Below the pieces are notes generated by a model that saw only the letters and a program-made list of their open reading frames with translations, searched no databases and was not told the origin of the DNA. From Octopus sinensis (taxonomy: Eukaryota), in contig NC_043003.1 of NCBI RefSeq assembly GCF_006345805.1, positions 72,478,001-72,542,000 on the forward strand: a DNA stretch of 64,000 nt, in the 5' to 3' direction. The position numbers were made by a program, and so were the translations under genes. Each line of letters begins with the position of its first letter. Positions within the stretch are counted from its first letter, which is position 1. Of this stretch, positions 26,761-42,022 are shown one piece after another.

Positions 26761-28457
26761 TCATCCTTTTCTTGCACCTTGTCAGGCAATGAGTAGTGCA
26801 GCTACCCACACCTTCCACGAGGTACATAATCCACCCATACCCCTGTCTTAGACACGGCTTTGCAGACTCAGTAGTCTACGCTGCTCTTCGCTTACGTCCT
26901 GTCCTGATCTCAATTTCAACCTGAGAGTCTTTTGCGTTGAAAGTCTTAATATTGCAATACGTGTCACCATGAATTCTTCTCTCGAGCTCCTTATGGAACC
27001 GTCAATCTTTTACTCAAACCAAACATGACGATGCTACTCAGACTCCGAGGAAGTCCTAACCATTCCCCAAGGAATCTGCTGATTGATTCTCCACTCAAAG
27101 CTCTCTAGTGCAGACATTGTGACCTCATATACCAAGATCTCTGAAAGAATCAATGGTAGATCCAGGCCTTAAATTTATCAGGTAGACCTGATTAATTCAT
27201 TGTGGATTACTAGGCTTCCAGTTCTTTGCTGGTTTCACAGAGGTAAGTTGAGGATTTCAGGCTACCATTAAATACCTTTCCCGGGTTCTTCACAAGTATC
27301 ACAATGATGGATTGCACCTGTATGCTAGCAACCGAGAAACCGAACTTGCTACAAACTCTTACTTCAGTATAAGAGATCTGAACTTGACCTGGTTTTGAAC
27401 TCATGCAAGCCCAGATCATCAACTCCTCAAGGCTCTTCTTGCTGTTGTTGTCGCAGTCAGTCCTTCCATAAAAGCCCTCATTGGTGGTGGGGGACGACTG
27501 TTAGACACATGAGTGGCCCTCTGTACTGCATTAACAAACTTTATTAGTGTGTTCATTTCAAGTATCAATGAAATGGTACGTTCAATGATATGTGCTCTTA
27601 TTGAGTTTGTGCCACTCTAATGTTCTTCAAGTACAGACTCCCAGATTGAAGTTGTTCTAGTAGACCAGAAAGAGATATCCGAACCTTTCTGAGACTTGTT
27701 TCCTGTTCAAAGTTCTCCAGCCAGCTTATAGAGTATTGACACATAGGCATTTGCAAGATCCAACACTGCTAAATCTCCGTAGTTCATTGGGGTTCCCTCA
27801 GGCAAGTGAATAAACACATCAAGTTATCCCATACACTTACTTGCGACGGTGCTGCAGTTCCATTATGTCACTATCGTAGTATTTATAAAAATATGAATGC
27901 TGAATAAGATTAAATTCAATTTGGAGGTGTTTATTTAGTCTGCATATAGGATTTTAGAGAAACAGACTTATGATCTTTAAGGGTGATGTATGTTTTGTAC
28001 ATAGTAAACACTGCGCTCTATGCACCTTATACTTTTAATGGAAGGCTACTTCTTTTGCATTTACGATTTAAGGGAGGAGTTTGGGAAATTTTGTACGGTT
28101 TGGCAATGTTATTTGCCTGAAATTGCAAGTGTGTTATGGCATAATGCGTGTGAAAGTACATGAATTTTTAAGGGAAAATTTCAATGGCTTTATGTAATTC
28201 TTTAGGAAGAAGGTAATGCGGTGTCTAATTCATACTCTTTATTTTAACAAACTGACCAAATTTGCATTCGAAATCTTTAAGATCCTTAATGTTGTATTGT
28301 GGATTGGGGTGTATATTCTGTCTTAATCAGTACTTATCTATGAATATTCCACTAGTTCTTTGTGCCTATAATGTATGTGTGCGTGTATGTATGTATGTAT
28401 GTATGTATGTATGTATGTATGTATGTATGTATGCTTGTATGTATGTATATATGTATG

Positions 28458-30595
<2,138 letters not shown>

Positions 30596-30692
30596 CATGC
30601 ATGTATGTATGCATGCATACACACATATTCACATCACATTCACGCCGTGCCACACAAACACATCATCATAAGCACACGTGTATATACAGAGG

Positions 30693-30733
<41 letters not shown>

Positions 30734-31257
30734 GATCCGTAATGAGTATAACCATTGCTTGAGCGGTATGTATGTATGTATGTATGTATCTATGTTTTCT
30801 TCTCTTTTAAATTTAGAGTTAATTCTGACCGACCACCTGCTTGGTAGCAATGCTGTGAAAGAAAGCATATTGTTGTATTCATCTTAAAATGCCTTGCCAA
30901 TTTTTATTCTGTCTGGGATCGTGGTCATTTCTAGTGTTTGAATTAGGGAGTTGCATCCCATCCACCACCGAAAAAACCCAAGTTCAGCCACACTTTGCTT
31001 CGGGCGAGTTAGTAAATATCCAGAAACTGAAAGTGTATCTAGAGTACTGAATGTGCAAACTCCTTAACAGTGGTGCATAGATGTTTTCTTTCTCTTGTAT
31101 TTTTCTGACCTTAATTATGTCCAAAGGGCAGCTGATTGTCACAACAAAGGTTTTTTTCTACAGTTCTATATATAAGAGATGAGGAATTATGTACATTATT
31201 TATATTATTTGCGTTATTTACGTTTGACGGATATTTGTCCTCATCTTGATTGTTGTT

Positions 31258-31303
31258 AACACAACGTTTCGGCTGATATACCCCCCAGCCTTCATCAGGT
31301 GTC
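31258..31303 (-). ncRNA. Minimal type-I hammerhead ribozyme (Penelope-associated form)
   Basis: GACAC-CUGAUGA-A-GGCUG(GGGGGUAUAU)CAGCC-GAA-ACGU-U-GUGUU: stem I, stem II and palindromic stem III all pair. Confidence 0.7.
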
Positions 31304-31357
31304 CTGGCGAAATTTCGAACCTGGGTTCTCATTCCTAAGGTATTTTTCGATGGTATA

Positions 31358-31452
<95 letters not shown>

Positions 31453-31455
31453 CAT

Positions 31456-33260
31456 TCAGTAGTTTTATTTTTATAGCGTGCTTTCACTTCACTACCGAGC
31501 GCACCTCTGTGTGCCATGGGTATGTGCTGTGATTTGTTGTGATGCTCTGATGGTTACTGTATTGAAAGTGTTTTGCGTAGGATGTGTGTAGTGCCCAGCA
31601 GTGCAATTTTCTGTATGTTATATGTGTTTGTAAGTCCTGGTGTTTTTGTTATGTATTTGTCTGAATAATGCGCCTACTATGATAGGAATTGTTTCTGTTT
31701 TTAGATTCCACATTCGAGTTATCTCTATTTCTATGTCTTTGTATTTAAAAATGTTTCCATTTCTTTTAGAGACACGTTGTCATCTGCTGGTAATGATACA
31801 TCAATTAGAAAGCATTTTTTTCTTCATGATCTCTGACAACTATATCTGGCCTATTGGCCTTAATTTCTCCATCTGTGTGTATTGGCATATCTCAAAGTAT
31901 GGTTGCTTTCTCGTTTTCTGTGACCTTTTATGGTGTGTGTCTATACCATCTTTTTTCTGTTGTTATTCCATAATGTTGGCATAGCTTCCAGTGTATGTAG
32001 GTCCCAACTCTGTCGTGTCTGTGAATATATTCCTTCTTAGCCAGGACTGGGCAGCCAGAGATAATATGATTTATTGTTTCTTGTCCATCTCCACATATTC
32101 TGCAGTTACTTCTTATGTTTCTTTTCTTTATATGTTTTTGGTAATTTCTGGTGGGGAGGCTTTGGTCTTGTGCTGCAATTAAAAATCCCTCCGTCTCTGC
32201 TTTGAGTCCTGAGCTTCTCAACAATTGCTGAGATTTTTCTTTATCTATTTCTTTTGCATTTTGTTGAGTCCAGTATTTGCCATGAAGGGGCTTTTCTTGC
32301 CATCGTTTTATCATGGTCCGTTGCTGTTCTAGTTTTAGTTTAGATTTCATTTGTTTTATAGCTTTTGTTTCTTCTTCTTCTTCTTCTTCTTCTTCTTCTT
32401 CTTCTTCTTCTTCTTCTTCTTCTTCTTCTTCTTCTTCTTCTTTTTCTTCTTCTTCTTCTTCTTCTTCTTCTTCTTCTTCTTCTTCTTCTTCTTCTTCTTC
32501 TTTTCTTCTTCTTCTCCTTCTCCTCCTTCTTCTTCTTCTTCTTCTTCCTCCTCTTCTTCTTTTTCTTCTCTTCTTCTTCTTCATATTTGTTAGGTGGTAT
32601 GATTTCTTGTTTGTATTTGTCAGCTTCCTTAAATATTGAGAACAGTTTTTGCTTTGCTCGTGTTTTGCTGCTATTTGTATCAGTTTTCCTTGCTTCTGAA
32701 GTAGATATTTTTGCAGTCCTATGGTGTTTATTTTATAATAGTTTTTCAGCTGTATAAGGCCTCCACCACCTTCTATATGTTGTATATATAGCCTTTCTAT
32801 GTCAGATTTTGTGTGATGCATCCTAGATCCTGTCATTATTTTTCTTGCTTTCCTATCTATTTTGGTTAGTTCATTTAGTGTCAAGTTAAGGATATTGTAG
32901 CTGTAACTTATAACTGGGACGGCTAAAGTGTTAATACCTATTACTTTGTTTTTAGCATTGAGCTCTGTTTTTAGTATTGATCTAACTCGCCTATAGTATT
33001 CTTTCTTTATTTTCTCTTTCATTTGTGTGTGTTGTATCAGATCTAGTTCCTGGATTCCTAAATATTTGTAAGTTTGGCTTTGATCTAATTCTCTTATTTC
33101 ATTGGCTTTATCTAGTGTGATGCTACTCTTAACTAATTTCCCTCTTTTCAGGGTTACTTTGGCGCTTTTTTCTAATCCAAATTTCATATCTATTTCTTTG
33201 GTAAATCCAAATTTTAGGTCATCCATATATAAAAGGTGGCTGATCCTTTTGACGTAATAT
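31456..33260 (-). mobile_element. 5'-truncated R4/Dong-type RLE LINE, second subfamily, with internal (GAA)n
   Basis: ORF 31928-33337: YMDDLK, YKYLG, LKAETEGFLIAAQDQ, CRIC..ETINH..C; downstream ANRPD..LIDVS; 3' end abuts (AAT)n at ~31355-31455. Confidence 0.95.
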
Positions 33261-33899
33261 TTGTGTGGGGAATGCTGTCGTCCTGTCTGGGTATTGGCAC
33301 CGCAGCAGGGGGGGTATCTTTGTGGGGGTTGGTGCATGTGTGGGAATGGGGGTATTTTTTGTGTTTGAAGGGCCTGGTGTCTGCGCTTTGAAGGGCCTGG
33401 TGTTTCCTGGCGTGCTAACGGTTCTGCCAGCTCACCGCGTTTGGAATCTCATATATCAAAAAAGGATTTGGCTAAGTTCTTAACATCTAATGCGACCACT
33501 CTCTCCTATACGTACTTCTTCCTTGTAATATTCTTATCTATTCATTTCTCGCATTACCTACTTACCCTTACCAGTATAAATCTCGAAATTCATTTATACT
33601 ACAAGATCGTTGTTAATGAACAGCACATGGAATTAATACCTGCATTTGAAATTACAAAGTTCGAATTCTTATCGGACTTTACACATCATGGAAAAAAGGA
33701 CTCTTTACCCATTCTACACAACACATTTTTTGGATAACGGAACAGCAGCTTTAACATCCAACATGTATTTTTATTTTCATATTTTCCTTTTATACTCTCT
33801 GCATTATATCTAATTTCTTGTATATCTCTCTTTTTCCAGAATAACGTTTAAAAAACAGAAAAACTGAACTCTACTAATCCCTTCTACTGAAGCTCTTTT

Positions 33900-34450
33900 A
33901 ACTCGATTCTGATGATAGGATATCAATTTCCCTGAAACAGCTGTAAGACCACCTCTCTATTTATAAATGTCATAGGAATATCAAATTGCCTTGGCTTTGT
34001 TATTTTATGTAGGCATGAGGAGAGACACTGCAATGCTGTAGTAAACTGTGAATTCGGATGATCATATGTTCTTTAATTCCCTCTAGGTGTTCATTCCTGA
34101 TCCTCTTTTAATTGGTAAGTCTATCATAGCTGTCCAAGATGTTTGTAGCTTCCACTAGAAAGTAAAGGCTGAAAATTTTGGTCGTTCATGTTTGATATTT
34201 TAGAAGAAAACGCAAGTGTCCCACTTTTTTGGTAGCCTATGGTGTCATCGCTAATATGTTCATAGTCACTTTCAGAAGTAGGGCGGTATGTCAGTTTTAG
34301 GTTAGGTGGTGGATGGATGCTTATAGTGGTGGCAGGACCTTGACTAATTGGAGTGCGTTGATAATGTACCTGTGTGGCATAACATCAAAGGTTTTTTGAT
34401 CGTCTCGTGACACCATGGCAAAATTTGTACATTTCTTTATAGCTTTTGTA
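33900..34450 (-). mobile_element. Highly decayed RLE-LINE RT fragment
   Basis: NFAMVSRDDQKTFDVMPH resembles NLAMAWIDYxKAFDxVPH; SYKHLG further on. Confidence 0.45.
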
Positions 34451-34456
34451 TCTATG

Positions 34457-34509
<53 letters not shown>

Positions 34510-34903
34510 CATCTTTTACTTTTTCAGTCTTTAGGCTGTGACCAGGTTGGGACACCACCTAAAATAATTATTTAGCCGAATGAATCTTGGTACTTATTCT
34601 ATCGGGCTCTTTTAACTAACCGCTATTTTTAACCTGATGAGTGACTATATTTATATCGAAGTGATTTTACTAATACTATTAATCTTTTTTACTATTATCA
34701 TTTCTTAAATATAGCCACGAAACACGTGTCGTTATTCTACCAAATATATACGTTTTCATTATTATTTTGCAATTTACTTAATCATCGGTATATTATTATT
34801 TTAATATTTCTGTTATATGTAATTTTCTAGACGGTGTAATTTAATTGTTCATTCTGAATATTGATAAAAGGTGTTTTTTTCTAATTTTATATATATATAT
34901 ATA

Positions 34904-35303
34904 CTAGCAGTATCGCCCGGCGTTGCTCGGGTTTGTAAGGGAAATAACTATATAAGCATTTTTAGAGAGTTATAGCCAAAAAATAGCAAAAAAAATGCAT
35001 TGAAAATGGAAAAAAAATGATGGTAAATTTTTTTTTAAATCGTTGACTCATCGTAGACATTTTTAGAGAGTTACTTCCCTTATATAATAGCGAAAAAAGG
35101 CATTAAAATGGAGAAAAATGATGGTAATTTTTTTTTTTTAATCGTAGACTCATCGTAGACGCGCGCTAATACCCAGAAGGGCTCGATATGAATCACGACT
35201 ATAAGATACCCGGTTTTGGTTAAACTGCACCGCAAAATGTGGGAGTAGTTAGGAATCTAAATCGTAGGAGACAGACACACAACTTCACTTTTATATATAA
35301 AGA
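34904..35303 (-). mobile_element. Non-autonomous Helitron (second copy)
   Basis: Same termini and body as 12600-12993. Confidence 0.9.
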
Positions 35304-35439
35304 TATATATATATGTGTGTATGTATGTATATATACATGTATGCATGTGTGTATGCATACATGTGCGTGTGTATATATACATATATGCCTATGTGTGCAT
35401 GCACAGATGTAAGCCATATGCCGATGCATGTGCACATGT

Positions 35440-36100
35440 ACACATAGGTGCGGGCATGGAATGCATTACATATGTGAATCTTATTAGGTGCTGAATTTAG
35501 GAAACGTTTTCCATATTTGTACTGTACTTTTACAGTATTTGTAACTGTATTCTTCATCTGATTCAGTGAGATATTTAATCAGTTCAGCATAATTACTTGT
35601 TTTCATTAACATTATGTCGGCATCTGCTGGGCTATTAATTTCAACTACAGTGCATAATTTCTTTTCTTTACTCTACTGTCTGATCTGTGGTCCTTGCATT
35701 TTATTGAAATCTTGACAGTGACATTTCAACAGTATTTTTTCATATTGTGTATGATTATATCCTTTACATTAGGGTAGCTTCGTATATTTATCCCTTCAAT
35801 TTTATCCTTTCTACAGATCTCATTATATAATGTTCTAATCACGACTTCATGTTTCATTGTCAACAAATTTTTCACTCCTGTATTGCAAAAATATATCCTT
35901 CGAATTTACAATCTCGGTTGCTAATCTGGGGAATGCTCTGGTTATCAATATTGCTGTCTCTTGAAATCTATCCAGGAATAAAGACACGCATTAACTTTTG
36001 CTGTCATGTATGCTGCTTATCACCTGTTACAGTAGAGATTTATGCGAGTGTATGTCCCTGGTCATCGGTGAAGGAGTACTTTCTGAGAAACTGAGATTCG
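35440..36100 (-). mobile_element. Decayed RLE-LINE C-terminal remnant, further subfamily
   Basis: FEGYIFAIQE*, MKHEVVIRTLYNEI, KCKDHRSD...KLCTVVEINSPAD (cf. HNRPD..VVEISCPAD). Confidence 0.6.
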
Positions 36101-36440
36101 AAGACAAATATGCTACTCGTTATCATGTATGTCACAGGAAAAAACTTCTCCATTTTACGACGATAATGTGCTCAAAAAACCGGCGCAGGAAATTCTTAAA
36201 CACCGGCGTTTTGATATTTTGTGCCACGTCAGTCAGAAATACACGACACATGTCGGATCACCAATAAGCTGATGTGTTATGAGCGCATTATCGTTGTAAA
36301 GGGGAGAATTTTTCTCTACATATTTGCGTACGAATCTGCCGAGACTTATTGAGAATAAATATGCGAATCACCGTTTCAGATTTCGCTGTACACAGCGCAA
36401 ACAGCAATTTATGTGTGCGTTGTAGTGGTGTGAGCGTGGG

Positions 36441-36472
<32 letters not shown>

Positions 36473-36495
36473 TGTATGCATGCATGTATGCATGT

Positions 36496-36530
<35 letters not shown>

Positions 36531-36532
36531 TT

Positions 36533-36717
<185 letters not shown>

Positions 36718-37079
36718 TGTGTATTTTCCCTTGTTAACAATTAACACGGAAAAAATATATAAATAGTTACCAAGGTACCTGCGTTTAACTCCATTTATAT
36801 ATATATATATGTATGTATGTGTGTGTGTATGTATGTTTGTATATACGTAAGTATGGTATCTATGTATGTATAAAGTACAGATATTGATAATAGAGAAAAG
36901 AGGATGACGCCAGAATTATGAAAAAAGAATTTCTTTATTTAGTCATTATTATTACCACTTTCGTTCGTTTTTCGTACTTGTAAAATGAAATTTTCTTGTG
37001 AATGTACACACAGGTTGTTTATTTATATAAAACAGATGGTTTCTTTTTTTTATTTGGCTGTGTTTCCAGGACAATGGAG

Positions 37080-37159
37080 ATAGATAGATAGACAGACAGA
37101 CAGACATACAGGCAGGCAGGCGGACAGACAGACAGACAGGCAAGCAGGCAGGCAGACAA

Positions 37160-37229
<70 letters not shown>

Positions 37230-37327
37230 GGATGGATGGGTGGATGGATGGATGGATGGATGGATGGATGGATAAATAGATAGATAGATAGATAGATAGA
37301 TAGACAGATACATAGATAGATAGATAA

Positions 37328-37372
<45 letters not shown>

Positions 37373-37373
37373 C

Positions 37374-37428
<55 letters not shown>

Positions 37429-37453
37429 TATATAGATAGATAGATAGATAGAT
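37080..37453. repeat. Compound (GATA/GACA/GGAT)n array
   Basis: Directly visible; similar arrays at 36615-36716, 38657-38803, 39570-39911, 40656-40745. Confidence 0.95.
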
Positions 37454-38656
37454 ATGTTTCTTTATTAGCCACACAGGGCTGCACACAGATAGAACAAATT
37501 ACAAGGTAGAGCTTTTCTTTTGAAGGTTTAAAAAATAAAAATAAAAAAAAAAGGAAAGGGAGGAGTTTCGATCAAAAGGGATCGTAAAAGGAGAGAAAGA
37601 GGACAAAAAAGGGGGGTTTAAAAAAGGGGGGAGTGGAAAAAAAAAATTGATCAATAGGGATCGTTATCACAGAAATGTCAATATGAAGTGTAAAGGGGAG
37701 GACAGGTGAGGTTTACCCGTGGAAAGAAAAGCCTACGGAAAAGACCACGGTAACCTCGGTCAATGAAGTCACATTTTATATTTCTTTTTTTTTTTTTTTT
37801 TTTGTAAATAAGCAAATCTCTGTTTTCAATTTCTGGGTTCATAGCATTATGCTCAAGGTGGCTTCGTCATTCATACGTGCCATTCTTGCTACATTCACCC
37901 ATCTTTTTTTAAAACATTCGCTAGACAAAACTTGCCTCTCTACTCTCACTTTCCTTTTCAAGTGGTACTTGAAGAAGTTGATGAGAGATTGACCAGAGAG
38001 GAAAGTGTTTGTCTCCAATCCTTTCAGACGCGTCCACCAGATACATTCTTTCGCCATAGCCACAAGGATGATGAAAATAGCTCTTCCTTCCCGTTTGAAG
38101 GAAGGAGGCGTGACAAATTGACGATAGACTCAGCTGATAAACCGACTCGTCCCACACGTGACAGCAGTTGTTCGACATAAGCCCACAGGTCAGAAATTGT
38201 TGGACACTGAACGAGTGCGTGCAGAACGGTTTCGTCGCTCTGACCGCATCTCGGGCAGGTCGGCCCCGTGTTTCTCGAGCCGTGTCTGTAGAGCTTATCC
38301 CGAACGGGTAGCGCTTCTCGGTAGCACTGCCAGGCCAGGGATCTCTGGAAGTTGTCCATGGGCCCTGGCCCGAAAGTCGTCCTGAACAGGCGGGTCAGGT
38401 ACTCCTCGTCGACGTCCAGGTTCGCCCCGAGCTCGTCGTCGTACCTCCCCTCCACTAAACCCCTATAGAATGCTTTGGTTGTGTTGAAGTCACTTAAGGT
38501 CGACCCAGGACGGCAGAGTTGCTTGAGAGCAACGCGACACTCGCGGTGCCATTCGCCCTTCCTCGGCCTCTTTTTGATCCACGACTGCAGTTCGGTCATG
38601 GAGACGAGCTGCGGGAAAGCGTGCCTCACAAACGGCGACCACACCTGTTCACCGTC
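37454..38656 (-). mobile_element. Tx1/L1-like LINE 3' end, copy A
   Basis: [41 protein letters not shown] (C-terminal Cys/His region of L1/Tx1 ORF2); 3' UTR ends AATAAAGAAAC; (GATA)n on both sides. Confidence 0.85.
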
Positions 38657-38756
<100 letters not shown>

Positions 38757-38803
38757 GGATAGGTGGATGGATGGATGGATGGATGGATGGATAAATAGAT
38801 AGA

Positions 38804-39564
38804 TAAGTTTCTTTATTGGCCACACAGGGCTGCACACAGATGGGACAAATTACAAGGTAAAGCTTTTCTTTTGTGGGATGAAAAAAAAACAAAAAAAACT
38901 AAAAAACAAAAGAAACAAAAAAGAGTGGCGTAGGTTATCGATCAAAAGGGATCGTAAAAGGGGAAAAAAAGGGGGAAAAAAGGAAAAGAAAAAGAAAAAA
39001 GGAAGAAAAAAGAGGAAAAAAGGGGGAGAGGAAAAAAAACGATCAATAGGGATCGTGTATCACAGTGTCATGATGTACGGTATAAAGGGGAAAGCAGATA
39101 AGGTTTATCCGTGGGAAGAAAAGCCTACGAAAAAGACCACGGTAACCTCGATCAATATTGTTATATGTTACCACATTTGTTTGCAAGTGGGTAACCCTCT
39201 GTTTTCAATTTCTGGGTTCATAGGATTATGCTCAAGGTGGCTTCGTCATTCATACGTGCCATTCTTGCTACATTCACCCATCTTTTTTTAAAACATTTGC
39301 TAGACAAAACTTGTCTCTCTACTCTCACTTTGCTTTTCAAGTGGTACTTGAAGAAGTTGATGAGAGATTGACCAGAGAGGAAAGTGTTTGTCTCCAATCC
39401 TTTCAGCCACAAGGATGATGAAAATAGCTCTTCTTCCCGTTTGAAGGAAGGAGGCGTGACAATATTGACGATAGACTCAGCTGATAAACCGACTCGTCCC
39501 ACACGTGACAGCAGTTGTTCGACATAAGCCCACAGGTCGGAAATTGTTGGACACTGCACGAGTG
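38804..39564 (-). mobile_element. Tx1-like LINE 3' end, copy B
   Basis: Same ORF end with an internal deletion; variant 3' UTR; (GATA)n-type flanks. Confidence 0.85.
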
Positions 39565-39640
39565 GGATAAGTAGATAGATAGATAGATACATACATACAT
39601 ACATACATACTTACATACATAGACAGACAGACAGAAAGAC

Positions 39641-39731
<91 letters not shown>

Positions 39732-39732
39732 A

Positions 39733-39823
<91 letters not shown>

Positions 39824-39840
39824 CAGACAGATAGACAGAC

Positions 39841-39891
<51 letters not shown>

Positions 39892-39911
39892 TAGATAGAT
39901 AGATAGATAGA

Positions 39912-40654
39912 TATGTTTCTTTATTAGCCACACAGGGCTGCACACAGATAGAACAAATTACAAGGTAGAGCTTTTCTTTTGAAGGTTTAAAAAAAAAAAA
40001 AAGGAAGGGGGGGTTTCGATCAAAAGGGATCGTAAAAGGAGAGAAAGAGGACAAAAAAAGGGGGGTTAACAAAAGGGGGAGAGGAAGAAAAAAAATTTGA
40101 TCAATAGGGATCGTTATCACAGAAATGTCAATATGAAGTGTAAAGGGGAGGACAGGTGAGGTTTACCCGTGGAAAGAAAAGCCTACGGAAAAGACCACGG
40201 TAACCTCGGTCAATGGAGTCACATGTTATATTTCTTTTTTTTTTTTTTTTTGCGAATAAGCAACTCTCTGTTTTCAATTTCTGGGTTCATAGGATTATGC
40301 TCAAGGTGGCTTCGTCATTCATACGTGCCATTCTTGCTACATTTTTTAAAACATTCGCTAGACAAAACTTGCCTCTCTACTCTCACTTTCCTTTTCAAGT
40401 GGTACTTGAAGAAGTTGATGAGAGATTGACCAGAGAGGAAAGTGTTTGTCTCCAATCCTTTCAGACGCGTCCACCAGATACATTCTTTCGCCATAGCCAC
40501 AAGGATGATGAAAATAGCTCTTCCTTCCCGTTTGAAGGAAGGAGGCGTGACAATATTGACGATAGACTCAGCTGATAAACCGATTCGTCCCACACGTGAC
40601 AGCAGTTGTTCGACATAAGCCCACAGGTCGGAAATTGTTGGACACTGCACGAGT

Positions 40655-40655
<1 letters not shown>
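39912..40655 (-). mobile_element. Tx1-like LINE 3' end, copy C
   Basis: ORF 40315-40650; 3' UTR like copy A; (GATA)n flanks. Confidence 0.85.
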
Positions 40656-40739
<84 letters not shown>

Positions 40740-40802
40740 ATAGATATTCTGCTTTTAAGATGAAGCTACACCACTAGCTAAGCGGGCTGGCCATTTACTA
40801 CA

Positions 40803-41185
40803 TATTGACCAAGGTTACCGTGGTCTTTTTCGTAGGCTTTTCTTCCCACGGATAAACCTTACTTGCTTTCCCCTTTACACCATACATCATGACTGTGATA
40901 CACGATTCCTATTGATCGTTTTCTTTTCCTCTTCCCCTTTTTTCCTCTTTTTTCTTCTTTTTTCATTTTTCTTTTCCTTTGTTCCTTTTCCCTTTTTTCT
41001 TTTTTTCTTTTCCTTTTTTTTGTTCTTTTTCCCTTTTACGATCCCTTTTGATCGAAAACCTACGCCACCCTTTTTTTTATTCTTTGGTTTTTTGTTGTTT
41101 TTTTTTTCATCCCCCAAAAGAAAAGCTTTACCTTGTAACTTGTCCCATCTGTGTGCAGCCCTGTGTGGCCAATAAAGAAACTTAT
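40803..41185 (+). mobile_element. Tx1-like 3' UTR, copy D (opposite strand)
   Basis: Reverse complement of the copy B-type UTR; no (TATC)n tail. Confidence 0.8.
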
Positions 41186-41480
41186 TACCTCTTCAAGCGT
41201 CCAATCTCTAGCGAATACCCTCACAGAGGGAAGAGTAAAATAACATTCTGCTTCATAAAAAAGGGCGGTGGAGAAGATTTAAAAGACCATCGCCTCATAC
41301 GCTTTTGTCCCGTCTGCTTACAAAGGTCATAATCACCTCGATGACCAACAACCGAGAGAGCAAGCAAGTTTTCATTAGAATTATAGTACAATAGATTACA
41401 TATTTATTCTGACATATCTCTCTTCGAATGCACTTTCGTAATGATACTCTTAGCACGGATATTTTCATAGCTCTTTTGTT

Positions 41481-41773
41481 CCTTCTCGAGCCTCACCTGG
41501 CTTATAAGGGCCGGTTTTCCGGTTTCCTTGGCGTATATGTTTCCCACCTGGACGGGACGCCGGTCCGTCGCAGGTGAGCTGCAAGATGCAGGAGGAAAGA
41601 GTGAGAGAAAGTTGTGGCGAAAGAGTCAGCAGAAGTTCGCCATTACCTTCTGCCGGACCTGCGTGAAGCTTAGGTGTTTCGCTCATAAACACACACATCG
41701 CCCGGTCTGAAATTCGAACCCACGATCCTTCGACTGTGAGTCCGCTGCTCTAACCACTAGGCCATGTGCCTCC
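41481..41773 (-). mobile_element. tRNA-SINE (family A head/body + different tail)
   Basis: Head GGAGGCACATGGCCTAGTGGTTAGAGCAG...GTTCGAAT; body like 7575 copy; tail CATATACGCCAAGGAAACCGG. Confidence 0.85.
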
Positions 41774-41795
41774 ACTAAATAAATGCGCTCTTTTT

Positions 41796-42022
41796 AAAGC
41801 CTAGCCAGGCTCATGAGCCGGGTTTCCCGGTTTCTATGGCGTATATGATCTCCAGCTGGACGGTCCATCGCAGCGTTACTCATTTTTGCCTGCTGAGTGG
41901 ACTGGAGCAATGTGAAATAAAGTGTTTTGCTCAAGAACACAACGCGTCACCCGATCCAGGAATCGGAACCACAATCTTACGATCATGGTGCTGACACCCT
42001 AACCCCTAAGCCACGCGCCTCC
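41796..42022 (-). mobile_element. tRNA-SINE with different head/body and same tail as neighbour
   Basis: Head GGAGGCGCGTGGCTTAG; central TGTGTTCTTGAGCAAAACACTTTATTTCAC; tail CATATACGCCATAGAAACCGG. Confidence 0.8.
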
